Shown here in pieces: positions 7,377-15,967 of a DNA stretch of 38,903 nt. Made by a program: the position numbers and the translations under genes. Each line of letters starts with the position of its first letter. The first letter of the stretch is position 1. The notes beneath the pieces were generated by a model, which was not told the DNA's origin, ran no database searches, and worked only from the letters and a program-made list of their open reading frames with translations. Source of the DNA: Bacillota bacterium (GTDB lineage: Bacteria; Bacillota_I; Bacilli_A; Acholeplasmatales; Acholeplasmataceae); contig JAURNN010000025.1 of NCBI GenBank assembly GCA_030830185.1, positions 1 through 38,903 on the forward strand. The letters are read 5' to 3'.

Positions 7377-8816
7377 TTAATTCGTTATAAAATCAAATGA
7401 TTCTTGGTATTGCTCATCAATATACGCATCTAAATCGGCGTCGCTTGCTGCTTCATAAGCAAGTATTTTTACAAGTAGTGCACCAACTTCAGATCGTGTT
7501 TTTGAACTTTGATTAAACACTGCTGATGTGAAGAAAATATCTTCATTTTCTAAGAAAATTTCAATCGCTTCTTTAACAAGTTTTGCAATCGCTTCATCCA
7601 TCGTTGTTGGGTTTTCTTTGATACCTGCAACATAGTTCGTCCAACGCGTTGTTTCGTAAGCTGAATAACGAATTGGTGCATATCCTGAAGGAATACTAAA
7701 TTCAGCAGTTCTTTCTGGTTCTAGCATAAACTTCGCAAATAACCACGCAGCAATCATGCGTTGTTCATCATTAGATTTGAATAAGTTAATGTTTGGTCCT
7801 TGTTGAATTTGGAAACGAGATTCTGCAGTAAATCCTGGAAGTGGTGCAACACCAACACGGTAACCAGCGTCAAAAACCGCTTGAGGCATACCAACATAAG
7901 CATAGCGTGTTCCACCTGTAGATCCAACATACATATATGTTTTAGGGTTTGCAACTTTCATTGAGTCAGAGTTATATGCATCCCCATTGAGTGCACGTGT
8001 AATCATTAATCCCTTATCTACTTTATCTTTAAAGTAACGTACCATGTCTTTAGATAAGTCGTTGTTGAATTGAACTTCACCGCGTCCAGTTTCAGCGTTG
8101 TATCCTGTATAAGGTGCATTAAATTGTTTAGACCCTGTAATGAATAAGTTATCTTCTGAGTCATATCCAAAAGGAAATGAATCTGGTTCTCTATCTTTGA
8201 TATCTTGGGCGATTGCGAATACTCCATCCCAAGTTGTTGGAACGTCATATCCGTGTTCCTTAAAATATGATTCGTTATAGAAAAACGCTTCTGAGGATTT
8301 AGTAAATGGTAATGAAAGAATTGTTCCTTCATCATCATAACTTTGACCTTCTGCCCATAATCCTGGTAAAAAGTCTGCAATTTCTTCATCTGTTAAACCA
8401 ATGTTTGGATTATTAATAAAGTTATTCAGAGCAAGTGGTGCTTTTGCAGCAGCATATCTTGCAATATGGTCTGGATAACTTTCGGCAATATCTGGTTGAT
8501 TTCCTGCAGGAATTGCAAGCGCAATCTTATCAGATAAAGCAGTATAATCTCCAGCTGCTTTTTCTTCAATCACTGTAATGTTTGGATAAACAACATTAAA
8601 CTCTTCGATCCATTTTTGTACAAGTGCTTGAGATTGTGCACCCATGCGATGCCAAAACGTGATCGTGATTTCTTTTGAAGTATCAAGATCAGCATCTGCA
8701 GATAATTCATACCACTCAACAAGACGAGCAGCTTCATTACCTGTACGTTCACCACCACATGCAGCAAGTGAAACTGCAGCAGTAAGTGCTAAAAATAATA
8801 AAAATACTTTTTTCAT
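7377..8816 (-). CDS. ABC transporter substrate-binding lipoprotein (family-1 / CUT1-type extracellular solute-binding protein)
   Basis: 479 aa. Lipobox is ALTAAVSLAAC. General SBP-family-1 look (ITFWHRMG..., LPFTKSSEAFFYN). It sits directly downstream of the permeases with an RBS (AAGGAGAAAAGGG) and no terminator. Confidence 0.8.
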   Translation of the reverse strand: MKKVFLLFLALTAAVSLAACGGERTGNEAARLVEWYELSADADLDTSKEITITFWHRMGAQSQALVQKWIEEFNVVYPNITVIEEKAAGDYTALSDKIALAIPAGNQPDIAESYPDHIARYAAAKAPLALNNFINNPNIGLTDEEIADFLPGLWAEGQSYDDEGTILSLPFTKSSEAFFYNESYFKEHGYDVPTTWDGVFAIAQDIKDREPDSFPFGYDSEDNLFITGSKQFNAPYTGYNAETGRGEVQFNNDLSKDMVRYFKDKVDKGLMITRALNGDAYNSDSMKVANPKTYMYVGSTGGTRYAYVGMPQAVFDAGYRVGVAPLPGFTAESRFQIQQGPNINLFKSNDEQRMIAAWLFAKFMLEPERTAEFSIPSGYAPIRYSAYETTRWTNYVAGIKENPTTMDEAIAKLVKEAIEIFLENEDIFFTSAVFNQSSKTRSEVGALLVKILAYEAASDADLDAYIDEQYQESFDFITN

Positions 8817-8844
8817 ACCCTTTTCTCCTTTTTTGTTTTATTTA

Positions 8845-9783
8845 TTACCCTTTAACACCACTTCTAGAAATTCCAGACATGATGTATTTTCTAAAAAAGA
8901 TAAACATAAGTAGTAATGGCACTGTTACAATTACAGTCGCTGCCATTTGATAGTTGATTAAGACTCTACCAACACCTGTTGCGTCTTGATCAGTAAATGA
9001 AGATCTAAGCCAGGTTGTGACGAGTTTGTATTTCTCGTTTGCAACAATATCTGGCCAGATATAGGCATTCCATGCACCCATTAATTTTAAGATGACGATG
9101 GTAATGATTGAACTTTTTGCCATAGGAACCATCACAGTTCTTAAGTATTTAAAGTCTTTGCATCCATCGACTTTGGCTGCATAATACAATTCATTAGGAA
9201 TTTGTTTAAACGTTTGTCTAAGTAAATAAATATGGAAAATTGAAATAAAGAATGGAATAATCATCGCCAAAAACGATCCGATACCATCATCATTGACCCA
9301 TCCTAATCTTGAAACTGTAATATAGTTTGAGATAATAAGCATTTCACCTGGAATCATCATGGTTGCAAGCAAGATTGTAAAAATAAGTTCTTTTCCTTTG
9401 AAGTTCAGTCTTGCAAGTGCGAATGCCACAAGTATTGAAAAGAAGGTTCCACCTACAGTTGAAAATATCGCAACAATTAGTGTATTACTTAAATATCTCG
9501 TAAAGGTAATTCCACCTTGTTGTGCTGATGAATATAAAAATGTTGAAACGTAGTTCTGTGGGCTAAACTCTTTAGGAAATAAACTTGTGTTAAGGGAGTT
9601 AAGTACTTCGTTACTAGATTGAAAGGACACATTAAGCATCCAGTAAAATGGCACAATCACAATAAACGCCATGACAAATAAGAAGAAATATGTCATTGAT
9701 TTATTTGCAACAAAAAGTGCACGTTGTTCTTTTAATTTTCGGTTAACGCGGTAATGACCGCTTGGATTCATGTATTGTATCAT
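8845..9783 (-). CDS. ABC transporter permease (MalG/UgpE-like, CUT1 family)
   Basis: 312 aa and multi-TM. EAA-loop-like segment: YYAAKVDGCKDFKYLRTVMVPMAKSS. RBS AAGGAGAG lies before the ATG at 9783. Confidence 0.85.
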   Translation of the reverse strand: MIQYMNPSGHYRVNRKLKEQRALFVANKSMTYFFLFVMAFIVIVPFYWMLNVSFQSSNEVLNSLNTSLFPKEFSPQNYVSTFLYSSAQQGGITFTRYLSNTLIVAIFSTVGGTFFSILVAFALARLNFKGKELIFTILLATMMIPGEMLIISNYITVSRLGWVNDDGIGSFLAMIIPFFISIFHIYLLRQTFKQIPNELYYAAKVDGCKDFKYLRTVMVPMAKSSIITIVILKLMGAWNAYIWPDIVANEKYKLVTTWLRSSFTDQDATGVGRVLINYQMAATVIVTVPLLLMFIFFRKYIMSGISRSGVKG

Positions 9784-9793
9784 ATTGCTCTCC

Positions 9794-10720
9794 TTAGTAA
9801 TGAACCCGTTTTTTAGAGATGTTCAAGTTAATAAAGGTGAATATCAAAATAATGATAAATAAAATAACCGCAGAAGCTGCGCCTCTAGAATAATAAGAAA
9901 CAAAATTACTATCTAGCCCAACGTTACCAATCTTGTCGTAGACATAAGCAACAGCTGTCCATCGATTTCTATCAAGAAGCCTTCCTGTTGAACCTGCAAC
10001 AGCAAGCACACTTTCATAAGATTTAAATGCACCAATGAAAGAGGTAATCAAGATATAGCTAATAAGTGGTGATAGTAGTGGAATGGTGATGTGTCTTAAA
10101 ATTCTTCTTTTTGGAGTTGCATCAATTTTTGCTGCATCATAATATTGTTTTGAAATGTTTTGGAGCCCGCCAATGAAAACTAAAATTTTAAATGGTAGTC
10201 CGTCCCAAATAGAGTACACCAGAACAACAAACATCCAATCTGAACGGTCTGCAGTCACACCAACCCAGTCTCTAGAAAGTCCAAACAAAGTATTAATAAG
10301 ACCTTCAGCCATTAAACCGTCTGTTAGTGGGTGTGAAAACATGACGCTAAAAACCATCCCAATTGCTAACCCGTTTGTTACATAAGGTAGGAAGAACACC
10401 GTTTGGAATATTTTTTGAAGCGGTTTAATCGAATTTAAAGCAACTGCAATTAATAAAGCTAGCCCTGTTGAAACTGGCACGGATACAAAAACTAAAATCA
10501 TTGTGTTTCCAATGGCTCTAATAAAATAAGGATCATTAAAAATTGCGCCATATGCAGCGATATCTAAATACGATCCAAATGTATCTGTCATAGGATTATA
10601 TTGAGAAAAAACAGAGATTAAAATTGTTTTTACTAAGGGATAGAACGTAAATACTGTTAGTAAAAGTAGTGGAAAAGCAAGATAAAACCATGCTTTTCGA
10701 TCAATTTTATTTTCTAACAT
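9794..10720 (-). CDS. ABC transporter permease (MalF/UgpA-like, CUT1 family)
   Basis: 308 aa with 6 predicted TM helices. EAA-loop-like segment: YYDAAKIDATPKRRILRHITIPLLSP. The start overlaps the ATPase stop (TAATG at 10718-10722). Confidence 0.85.
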   Translation of the reverse strand: MLENKIDRKAWFYLAFPLLLLTVFTFYPLVKTILISVFSQYNPMTDTFGSYLDIAAYGAIFNDPYFIRAIGNTMILVFVSVPVSTGLALLIAVALNSIKPLQKIFQTVFFLPYVTNGLAIGMVFSVMFSHPLTDGLMAEGLINTLFGLSRDWVGVTADRSDWMFVVLVYSIWDGLPFKILVFIGGLQNISKQYYDAAKIDATPKRRILRHITIPLLSPLISYILITSFIGAFKSYESVLAVAGSTGRLLDRNRWTAVAYVYDKIGNVGLDSNFVSYYSRGAASAVILFIIILIFTFINLNISKKRVHY

Positions 10721-12267
10721 TACGCAAGTCTCCTACCGTTAGATTCGTCAAAAATATAGGTTTTATTTTCTTTTAATTTAAATGATACATTTCCTTTTAG
10801 TTCTTTTAGATTAACCTCGTCATTTAAAATAATTCTAAATGATGGTGCGGTAGATGCTGAATGACTTGACACCAGGGCAAAATCGCGTCCAATCGTTTCA
10901 ACAAACTGAGCTTCAATTGTTAGCGGTCCTTCTTTATCAAGAGTATATCCTTCAGGACGAACACCAACAACAACGTTTCTGTCTTTTTCTTTAGAGAGTT
11001 TCTCTGATTCAAACACGGGTTTTTGGTTAATAAAAACTTGTCCTTTTTTAAGTTCTGCACGGTATAACCCAATTGGTGGTGTTCCTAAAAATTGTGCCGA
11101 AAACAAGTTGGCTGGTTGGTCATAAACTTCTTGAGGTTGGCCTTTTTGTTGTTCTTCACCAAAATTCATTAAGACAATTTCATCAGAAATAGACATTGCT
11201 TCTTCTTGATCGTGAGTAACAAAAATGGTTGTAATGCCCGTTTCTCTTTGAATACGTTTAATTTCTTCTCTTGTTTGAAGTCTAAGTCTTGCATCTAAGT
11301 TTGATAGTGGTTCGTCTAATAACAACACTTGTGGTTTTTTAACAAGTGCGCGTGCAATCGCTACACGTTGTTGTTGTCCACCCGAGAGTTGAGCCGGCTT
11401 TTTGTCTAATTGATCTTCTATACCAACGAGTTTTGCCATTTCTATCATGCTGTTTTCCATTAGTGCTTTATAATTTGTTCTTTTTGCTTCTAAAACGAGC
11501 GAAACACTCTCTGGTGCAACGGCATCAGAATTATTTTTCAAAGTTTCTTTATAGGTCATTTCTTTTGCTTGATACGTTTGTTTCATTGTTGAAAATAACG
11601 CCTTAAAATCCTCAATAACGAGTTCGCTTAATTCTTTTTCGTATTGCTTAGATAACGCGTCACGCTTGTTTTTGAGTTCAAACTTAAGTGTTTTTATTTT
11701 TTCTTTATTTGCTTGTTTCAATTCTTTGTTTTGTTTGCTTTCAACTTTTAAACTTTGAACGGCATTATTCACTTCATTTGCCTCATCATTGTCTAATCTC
11801 TTAAATTTGTTTTGTAGGCTTTCAAAAGCATCTACATAATCAAAATATCTCTTTGCTTCTGATGGTGTTTCGATAAAAAACGCTTTTCTATAAGCTTTTT
11901 CTATAGACACTTTTTTTAAATTCATATTTTCTAAAGGAAATAAAATATTTTTTCTAACTGTCATGTGTGGGTAAAGTGCATAGTTTTGAAAAACTAAACC
12001 AATCCCTCTCTTTTCGGCGTCCAATTCGGTGACTTCTGTTTCACCAAAGAAAATTTTACCTTTTGTTGGTGCCAAAAGTCCCGCAATCATGTAAAGTGTT
12101 GTTGATTTTCCGCACCCTGAAGGTCCTAATAATCCTACAAGTTTTCCTGACGGAATTTCGACATCGAAATCATACACGGCACGCGTGATTTTTCCTGTTT
12201 TTTTATCGACAAAATCCTTGTGTAGATTTTCTAATTTGATGGATAAACTCTTGTGTGAATTTTGCAT
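10720..12267 (-). CDS. ABC transporter ATP-binding protein (MalK/UgpC-like) with a Lys/Glu-rich insertion of about 145 aa in the helical subdomain
   Basis: 515 aa. Walker [10 protein letters not shown] (aa 48-56), Q-loop [13 protein letters not shown], signature LSGGQQQRV (aa about 293), Walker [13 protein letters not shown]-loop FVTHDQ, and a C-terminal MalK-type regulatory/OB domain. About 175 aa separate the Q-loop region from LSGGQ, versus about 35-40 aa in E. coli MalK. Confidence 0.9.
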   Translation of the reverse strand: MQNSHKSLSIKLENLHKDFVDKKTGKITRAVYDFDVEIPSGKLVGLLGPSGCGKSTTLYMIAGLLAPTKGKIFFGETEVTELDAEKRGIGLVFQNYALYPHMTVRKNILFPLENMNLKKVSIEKAYRKAFFIETPSEAKRYFDYVDAFESLQNKFKRLDNDEANEVNNAVQSLKVESKQNKELKQANKEKIKTLKFELKNKRDALSKQYEKELSELVIEDFKALFSTMKQTYQAKEMTYKETLKNNSDAVAPESVSLVLEAKRTNYKALMENSMIEMAKLVGIEDQLDKKPAQLSGGQQQRVAIARALVKKPQVLLLDEPLSNLDARLRLQTREEIKRIQRETGITTIFVTHDQEEAMSISDEIVLMNFGEEQQKGQPQEVYDQPANLFSAQFLGTPPIGLYRAELKKGQVFINQKPVFESEKLSKEKDRNVVVGVRPEGYTLDKEGPLTIEAQFVETIGRDFALVSSHSASTAPSFRIILNDEVNLKELKGNVSFKLKENKTYIFDESNGRRLA

Positions 12268-12285
12268 TGCTTTTCTCCGTTTTTC

Positions 12286-12324
12286 TTAAAATAAAAAGCA
12301 CTTAATCAGAATATTAAGCGCTTT
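12286..12324 (-). terminator. Intrinsic terminator inside the 5' leader of the ABC operon (candidate attenuator)
   Basis: Minus strand reads AAAGCGCTTAAT-ATTCTG-ATTAAGTGCTTT followed by TTATTTT. The stem is 12 bp including one G.U pair. On the plus strand the same position is an A/C mismatch, so the hairpin is better on the minus strand. It ends about 8 nt before the RBS GGAG (12275-12278). Confidence 0.6.
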
Positions 12325-12373
12325 AAAAATTTAGTTTTTTGTGTTATTGTTAAAAAAACCCAAGGTAATTGTT

Positions 12374-12391
12374 ATATTCAAATTTTTGAAT
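12374..12391 (-). promoter_or_regulatory. Perfect 8-2-8 inverted repeat in the ABC-operon leader (operator or RNA hairpin)
   Basis: TATTCAAA-tt-TTTGAATA, located about 35-50 nt downstream of the predicted transcription start. Its 3' half (GAATAT) can also pair with AUAUUC in the terminator 5' arm and loop. Confidence 0.4.
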
Positions 12392-12432
12392 AAATAGTAG
12401 TCTGTTTTCAATCTTAATTCCCTCGCATAACT

Positions 12433-12460
12433 ATTATATATCAAAACGTGGTTTTTTCAA
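12433..12460 (-). promoter_or_regulatory. Sigma-70/SigA-type promoter of the ABC / giant-lipoprotein operon
   Basis: Minus strand reads TTGAAA (reverse complement of 12455-12460), a 16-nt spacer, then TATAAT (reverse complement of 12433-12438). Confidence 0.65.
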
Positions 12461-12491
12461 GTAATGCAATGGTTTTTTTGTAAGGTTTATG

Positions 12492-13874
12492 TCAAAATTC
12501 GCAATTGTTTGGTGTTCTTGGAAATGGAATCACATCTCTAATATTTTCTACACCTGTTTAATACATAATGAGTCTTTCAAAACCCATCCCAAATCCGCTA
12601 TGAACAGTACCGCCATAACGTCTTAAATCAAGATACCAATTAAATTCTTCTATAGGAACATGCATTTCTTTCATTCTTTTTATAAGGAGGTCTAATCGTT
12701 CTTCTCTTTGAGATCCACCGATAAGTTCTCCACTTCCCGGAACGAGCAAGTCCATTGCTGCAACTGTCTTTTGATCATCATTGATTCTCATATAAAACGC
12801 TTTAATATCTTTAGGCCAATGTGTAATAAATACAGGCGTTTTATATAGAACATCTGTTAAATATTTTTCGTGTTCTGTGTTTAAATCTTGTCCGTGTGTT
12901 GGTTTGTTTTCAAAAGGGTGATTAGAGGCTAGTAGTTGATTGATCGCTTCTTTGTGAGTAATTTTTTCAAAACTACTATTTAATACTAGTGTTAGTCTCT
13001 CTTTAAGGTTTTTATCAACAAACTCATTAAAAAAATCAATTTCGAAGTGACAGGTTTTTAGAATGTATTCAATGACGTATTTAACCATGTCTTCAGCGAC
13101 ATTCATATTTCCTTCAAGATCACAAAAAGCCATTTCTGGTTCAATCATCCAAAACTCAGATGCGTGTCTTTGAGTGTTTGATTTTTCAGCTCGAAAAGTA
13201 GGTCCGAATGTATACACGTTTTTAAACGCCATCGCGTATGCTTCGGCTTCTAATTGGCCAGTTACAGCAAGATAGGTTGGTTTTCCAAAAAAATCTTTGG
13301 AATAATCAATGTCTTTTTCTTTTCCCGTTTGTTTCAAGTCTAGCGTAGTCACTTGAAACATCGATCCAGCACCTTCACCATCATTTCCTGTAATGAGTGG
13401 TGTGTGCGTATAAACAAATCCTCGTTTATTAAAAAATTGATGAATGGCCATTGCAGCTTCACTTCTCACTCGAAAGACCGCTTGAAAAAGATTGGTTCGC
13501 ATGCGAAGATGAGCAACTTCTCTTAAAAACTCTCTTGTATGTCTTTTGGGTTGAATTGGATAATCTTCCGGAGAATCCCCAAGAAGAGTGATTTGTGTTG
13601 CTTTAATTTCAAAAGGCTGTTTCATATTAGGGGTTAAAACAAGCTTCCCATGAATTTCAACAGAACTACCTACACGCATTTTTTGAGTTTCTTTGAAATT
13701 GTGTAGCGTTTCTTCGTAAACAACCTGTAGTGTTGGGAATGTCGTTCCGTCATGAAAATTGATAAATCCGAAGTTTTTTTGGCTTCGGTTGTTTCTTATC
13801 CATCCATACAAGACAACTCTTTGTTGGTCTAATTGTTGGTGATTTTCAAATAAATACTTAACTGTCGTCTCCAT
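12492..13874 (-). CDS. asnS: Asparagine--tRNA ligase interrupted by an in-frame TAA at 12558-12560 (possible pseudogene, sequencing error or readthrough)
   Basis: Class-II aaRS with an N-terminal OB domain (VVLYGWIRNNRSQKNFGFINFHDGT), motif 2 (FRAEKSNTQRHASEFWMIEPE) and motif 3 (GFGMGFERLIMY). After the TAA the same frame continues as [21 protein letters not shown], then TGA at 12492-12494. The likely start is ATG 13874 (RBS GAGGA 5 nt upstream); the ORF-track start at 13886 is an alternative. Confidence 0.85.
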
Positions 13875-14997
13875 CGTTATCCTCATCTTTAGTCATGTTA
13901 TCTATGAATCGTGCTTCTTCGAATTTAGCATCTTTAATATAATCAAATTTCTTTTTAATTTTTTCAGTGGTGGTTGACATTTTTTCAGCATCTTTTTTAA
14001 TCGTGTCAATCGATCGATTCAATTTTTCCCAACGTTCACTATATCTCATAAACTCGATATTAAGTTTATTAAGTTCATCAATAATGACTTTTGTTTGTTC
14101 ATCTCTTTTTAAGTTTTGAACAAAGACTTGTATCATTGTTAGGGTTGAAAATAGTGTTGTTGGGGAGGTTAACCAAACACGCCTATTGTTGCTGTACTCT
14201 ACTAAGGTTTCATGATGTGCGGTGATTTCGGCGAAGATGGCTTCTGCAGGTAAGAACAGTATTGCTTGGTGTGACGTTTCACCTTCAATAATGTATTTGT
14301 TTGCAATATCATCGATATGTTTTTTAACGTCAGATTGAAATAATTTTTTTGCAGCATCTCTTTCTGTTTGATGGTATTCACTATTGGTCATTCTTTTATA
14401 GTTATCTAGTGGAAACTTCGAATCTATAACAACCATACCAAGTGGTTCTGGTGCATATAAAACCGCGTCTGCAATGGTTTGGTTAGATAGTTTCACCTGC
14501 GTTTTATAAAGATTTTCATCTTGGCCAAAAACAGCTGATAAAAGTTGATAAAGTTGAACTTCTCCATAAATCCCTCTTGTTTTTTTATCAGCTAAAACGC
14601 TATTTAAGCTCACAACTTCTTTTGATAATTGCTCAATGTTTTTTTGAGCCTCGTCTATTTTTGATAACCTTTCAACAACATTAACAAACGTTTCATTGGT
14701 TCTTTCAAATCCACCTTGAAGTCTTTTTTCAACAAGCGTGTTCATTTCCTTTAATTTGTTTTCGATATGTACTGTAATTAAATCTTTAAAATTATATAAA
14801 TCTTTTGTGTTTTTTTCGTTTGATTCATAAATCAACTCTCTTAGTTGGGTTTTTAATCCTTCATACTCTTTTTGCATATAGACTTTTAAATCGCTTTGAT
14901 CTTGAGGAATCGCTTTTTTTTGGCTTTGTATTACTAAAAATACAACCAAAATGATCATGAGACTCGCAAGTAAAATAAGTGTTACAATTTCAATCAT
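13858..14997 (-). CDS. rmuC: DNA recombination protein RmuC
   Basis: 379 aa. N-terminal TM helix, long coiled coil, and a C-terminal RmuC-type segment (VVIDSKFPLDNY...AILFLPAEAIFAEI...VWLTSPTTLFSTL). Confidence 0.8.
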   Translation of the reverse strand: MIEIVTLILLASLMIILVVFLVIQSQKKAIPQDQSDLKVYMQKEYEGLKTQLRELIYESNEKNTKDLYNFKDLITVHIENKLKEMNTLVEKRLQGGFERTNETFVNVVERLSKIDEAQKNIEQLSKEVVSLNSVLADKKTRGIYGEVQLYQLLSAVFGQDENLYKTQVKLSNQTIADAVLYAPEPLGMVVIDSKFPLDNYKRMTNSEYHQTERDAAKKLFQSDVKKHIDDIANKYIIEGETSHQAILFLPAEAIFAEITAHHETLVEYSNNRRVWLTSPTTLFSTLTMIQVFVQNLKRDEQTKVIIDELNKLNIEFMRYSERWEKLNRSIDTIKKDAEKMSTTTEKIKKKFDYIKDAKFEEARFIDNMTKDEDNDGDDS

Positions 14998-15917
14998 TAT
15001 GAACCTCCTTCAATATCCTCTAAATGATAAATAGACACAACGTTGTTTTCTATTTTAATGTAGCTTGTAATATAGGTTTCTTCTGCATTAATTAGGTCAT
15101 TAACTGATGTAATGAATCGATCATTAAGGGCTTGTGCATAGCCCCTTTGTCGGTGTGTTGGAACCATGACATCTTGATATGCTCTTGAAATCATATCTGT
15201 GCAATAATATTTATATTCAACATCTAGAAAAAAAGTATAGTTATATAGTGCTTTTTCTTCATATAGCGTTCTCGCATATTCAACAGCACCTGCTCTTTGG
15301 GTGTTTGTCATATTTTTAACACGCAAACTTAAAAACTCGTTTCTGTTAAAAGAGCCGTAATAAGGATATGCCGGGCTTGACTCTGTTCTTCTATTTGTGT
15401 TCAACCAGTAATTGTTGCTTTGTGTGACGGAAATATCAAAATCATGCTCTTTGTTTCCCGGAAACAACATAACTTCAAAAATGTTTGCACTTCCAATTCC
15501 GGTTGCCTCGTATAGTTTGTTGTCCTCGTTCACTAAAGAAGCGTGACCCCCAAAATAATACGTTATCCATTCGTGGATTCCTGGAACATTTGGGAACGGA
15601 GATTGTTGTGTAACAATGATATCTCCCGTTTGACCAAGTTTTGTCTTATTTTCATCAAAAAACACATTTCTTTGATCATCCAATTCGAATGTTTCACGTG
15701 AAACAGGAAAATAATTGAATGTATATCCGTTAATTATTTGTGTGTGCTCTGGTGTTGTTTCTGCTCTAGAGGTAAATGTATGAATATTTTGGGTGGCTTC
15801 AATATCGAGTCTTATGACTCCTCCAAAACTATAAATAAGGCCTGTTATGACAATAAGCGCGCTTGTTTTGATGTATCTTAAAATTGATTTTTTTATTTTT
15901 GAGAAAAACAATGTCAT
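14997..15917 (-). CDS. Membrane-anchored permuted papain-fold (YiiX/YaeF-like, NlpC/P60 superfamily) putative amidase
   Basis: The preferred start is ATG 15917 (MTLFFSKIKK..., followed by the TM helix ALIVITGLIYSFGG). His comes before Cys, as in permuted papain enzymes: GDIIVTQQS...GGHASLV...LYEATG...YYCTDMISRAYQDV. The family call is by motif resemblance only. Confidence 0.5.
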   Translation of the reverse strand: MTLFFSKIKKSILRYIKTSALIVITGLIYSFGGVIRLDIEATQNIHTFTSRAETTPEHTQIINGYTFNYFPVSRETFELDDQRNVFFDENKTKLGQTGDIIVTQQSPFPNVPGIHEWITYYFGGHASLVNEDNKLYEATGIGSANIFEVMLFPGNKEHDFDISVTQSNNYWLNTNRRTESSPAYPYYGSFNRNEFLSLRVKNMTNTQRAGAVEYARTLYEEKALYNYTFFLDVEYKYYCTDMISRAYQDVMVPTHRQRGYAQALNDRFITSVNDLINAEETYITSYIKIENNVVSIYHLEDIEGGS

Positions 15918-15948
15918 TGCGGGTTTTTTCCTTTTTTTACTCGATTTG

Positions 15949-15957
15949 ATTATAACA
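15949..15957 (-). promoter_or_regulatory. Extended -10 promoter element for the YiiX-like / rmuC / asnS unit
   Basis: Minus strand reads TGTTATAAT (TGnTATAAT), about 32 nt upstream of ATG 15917. No clear -35. Confidence 0.35.
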
Positions 15958-15967
15958 TATTGGGTAT

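Noticed and set aside
7754-8767. Same-strand alternative-frame ORFs lie inside the SBP gene (7754-7954, 8018-8389, 8570-8767), and plus-strand ORFs occur at 8644-8913 and 7206-7400.
   Set aside because: They are fully embedded in, or straddle, well-supported genes. Their composition is Lys/Leu/Met-biased out-of-frame sequence, with no start context and no family resemblance.
12330-12362. A preQ1-I-like tail (CACAAAAAACUAA) and a GUUUUUU/AAAAAAC hairpin in the ABC leader.
   Set aside because: Only the A-rich tail resembles the preQ1 consensus. I cannot find the required P1 stem with the conserved loop C or the pseudoknot partners. The gene context (CUT1 transporter) also does not fit queuosine metabolism.
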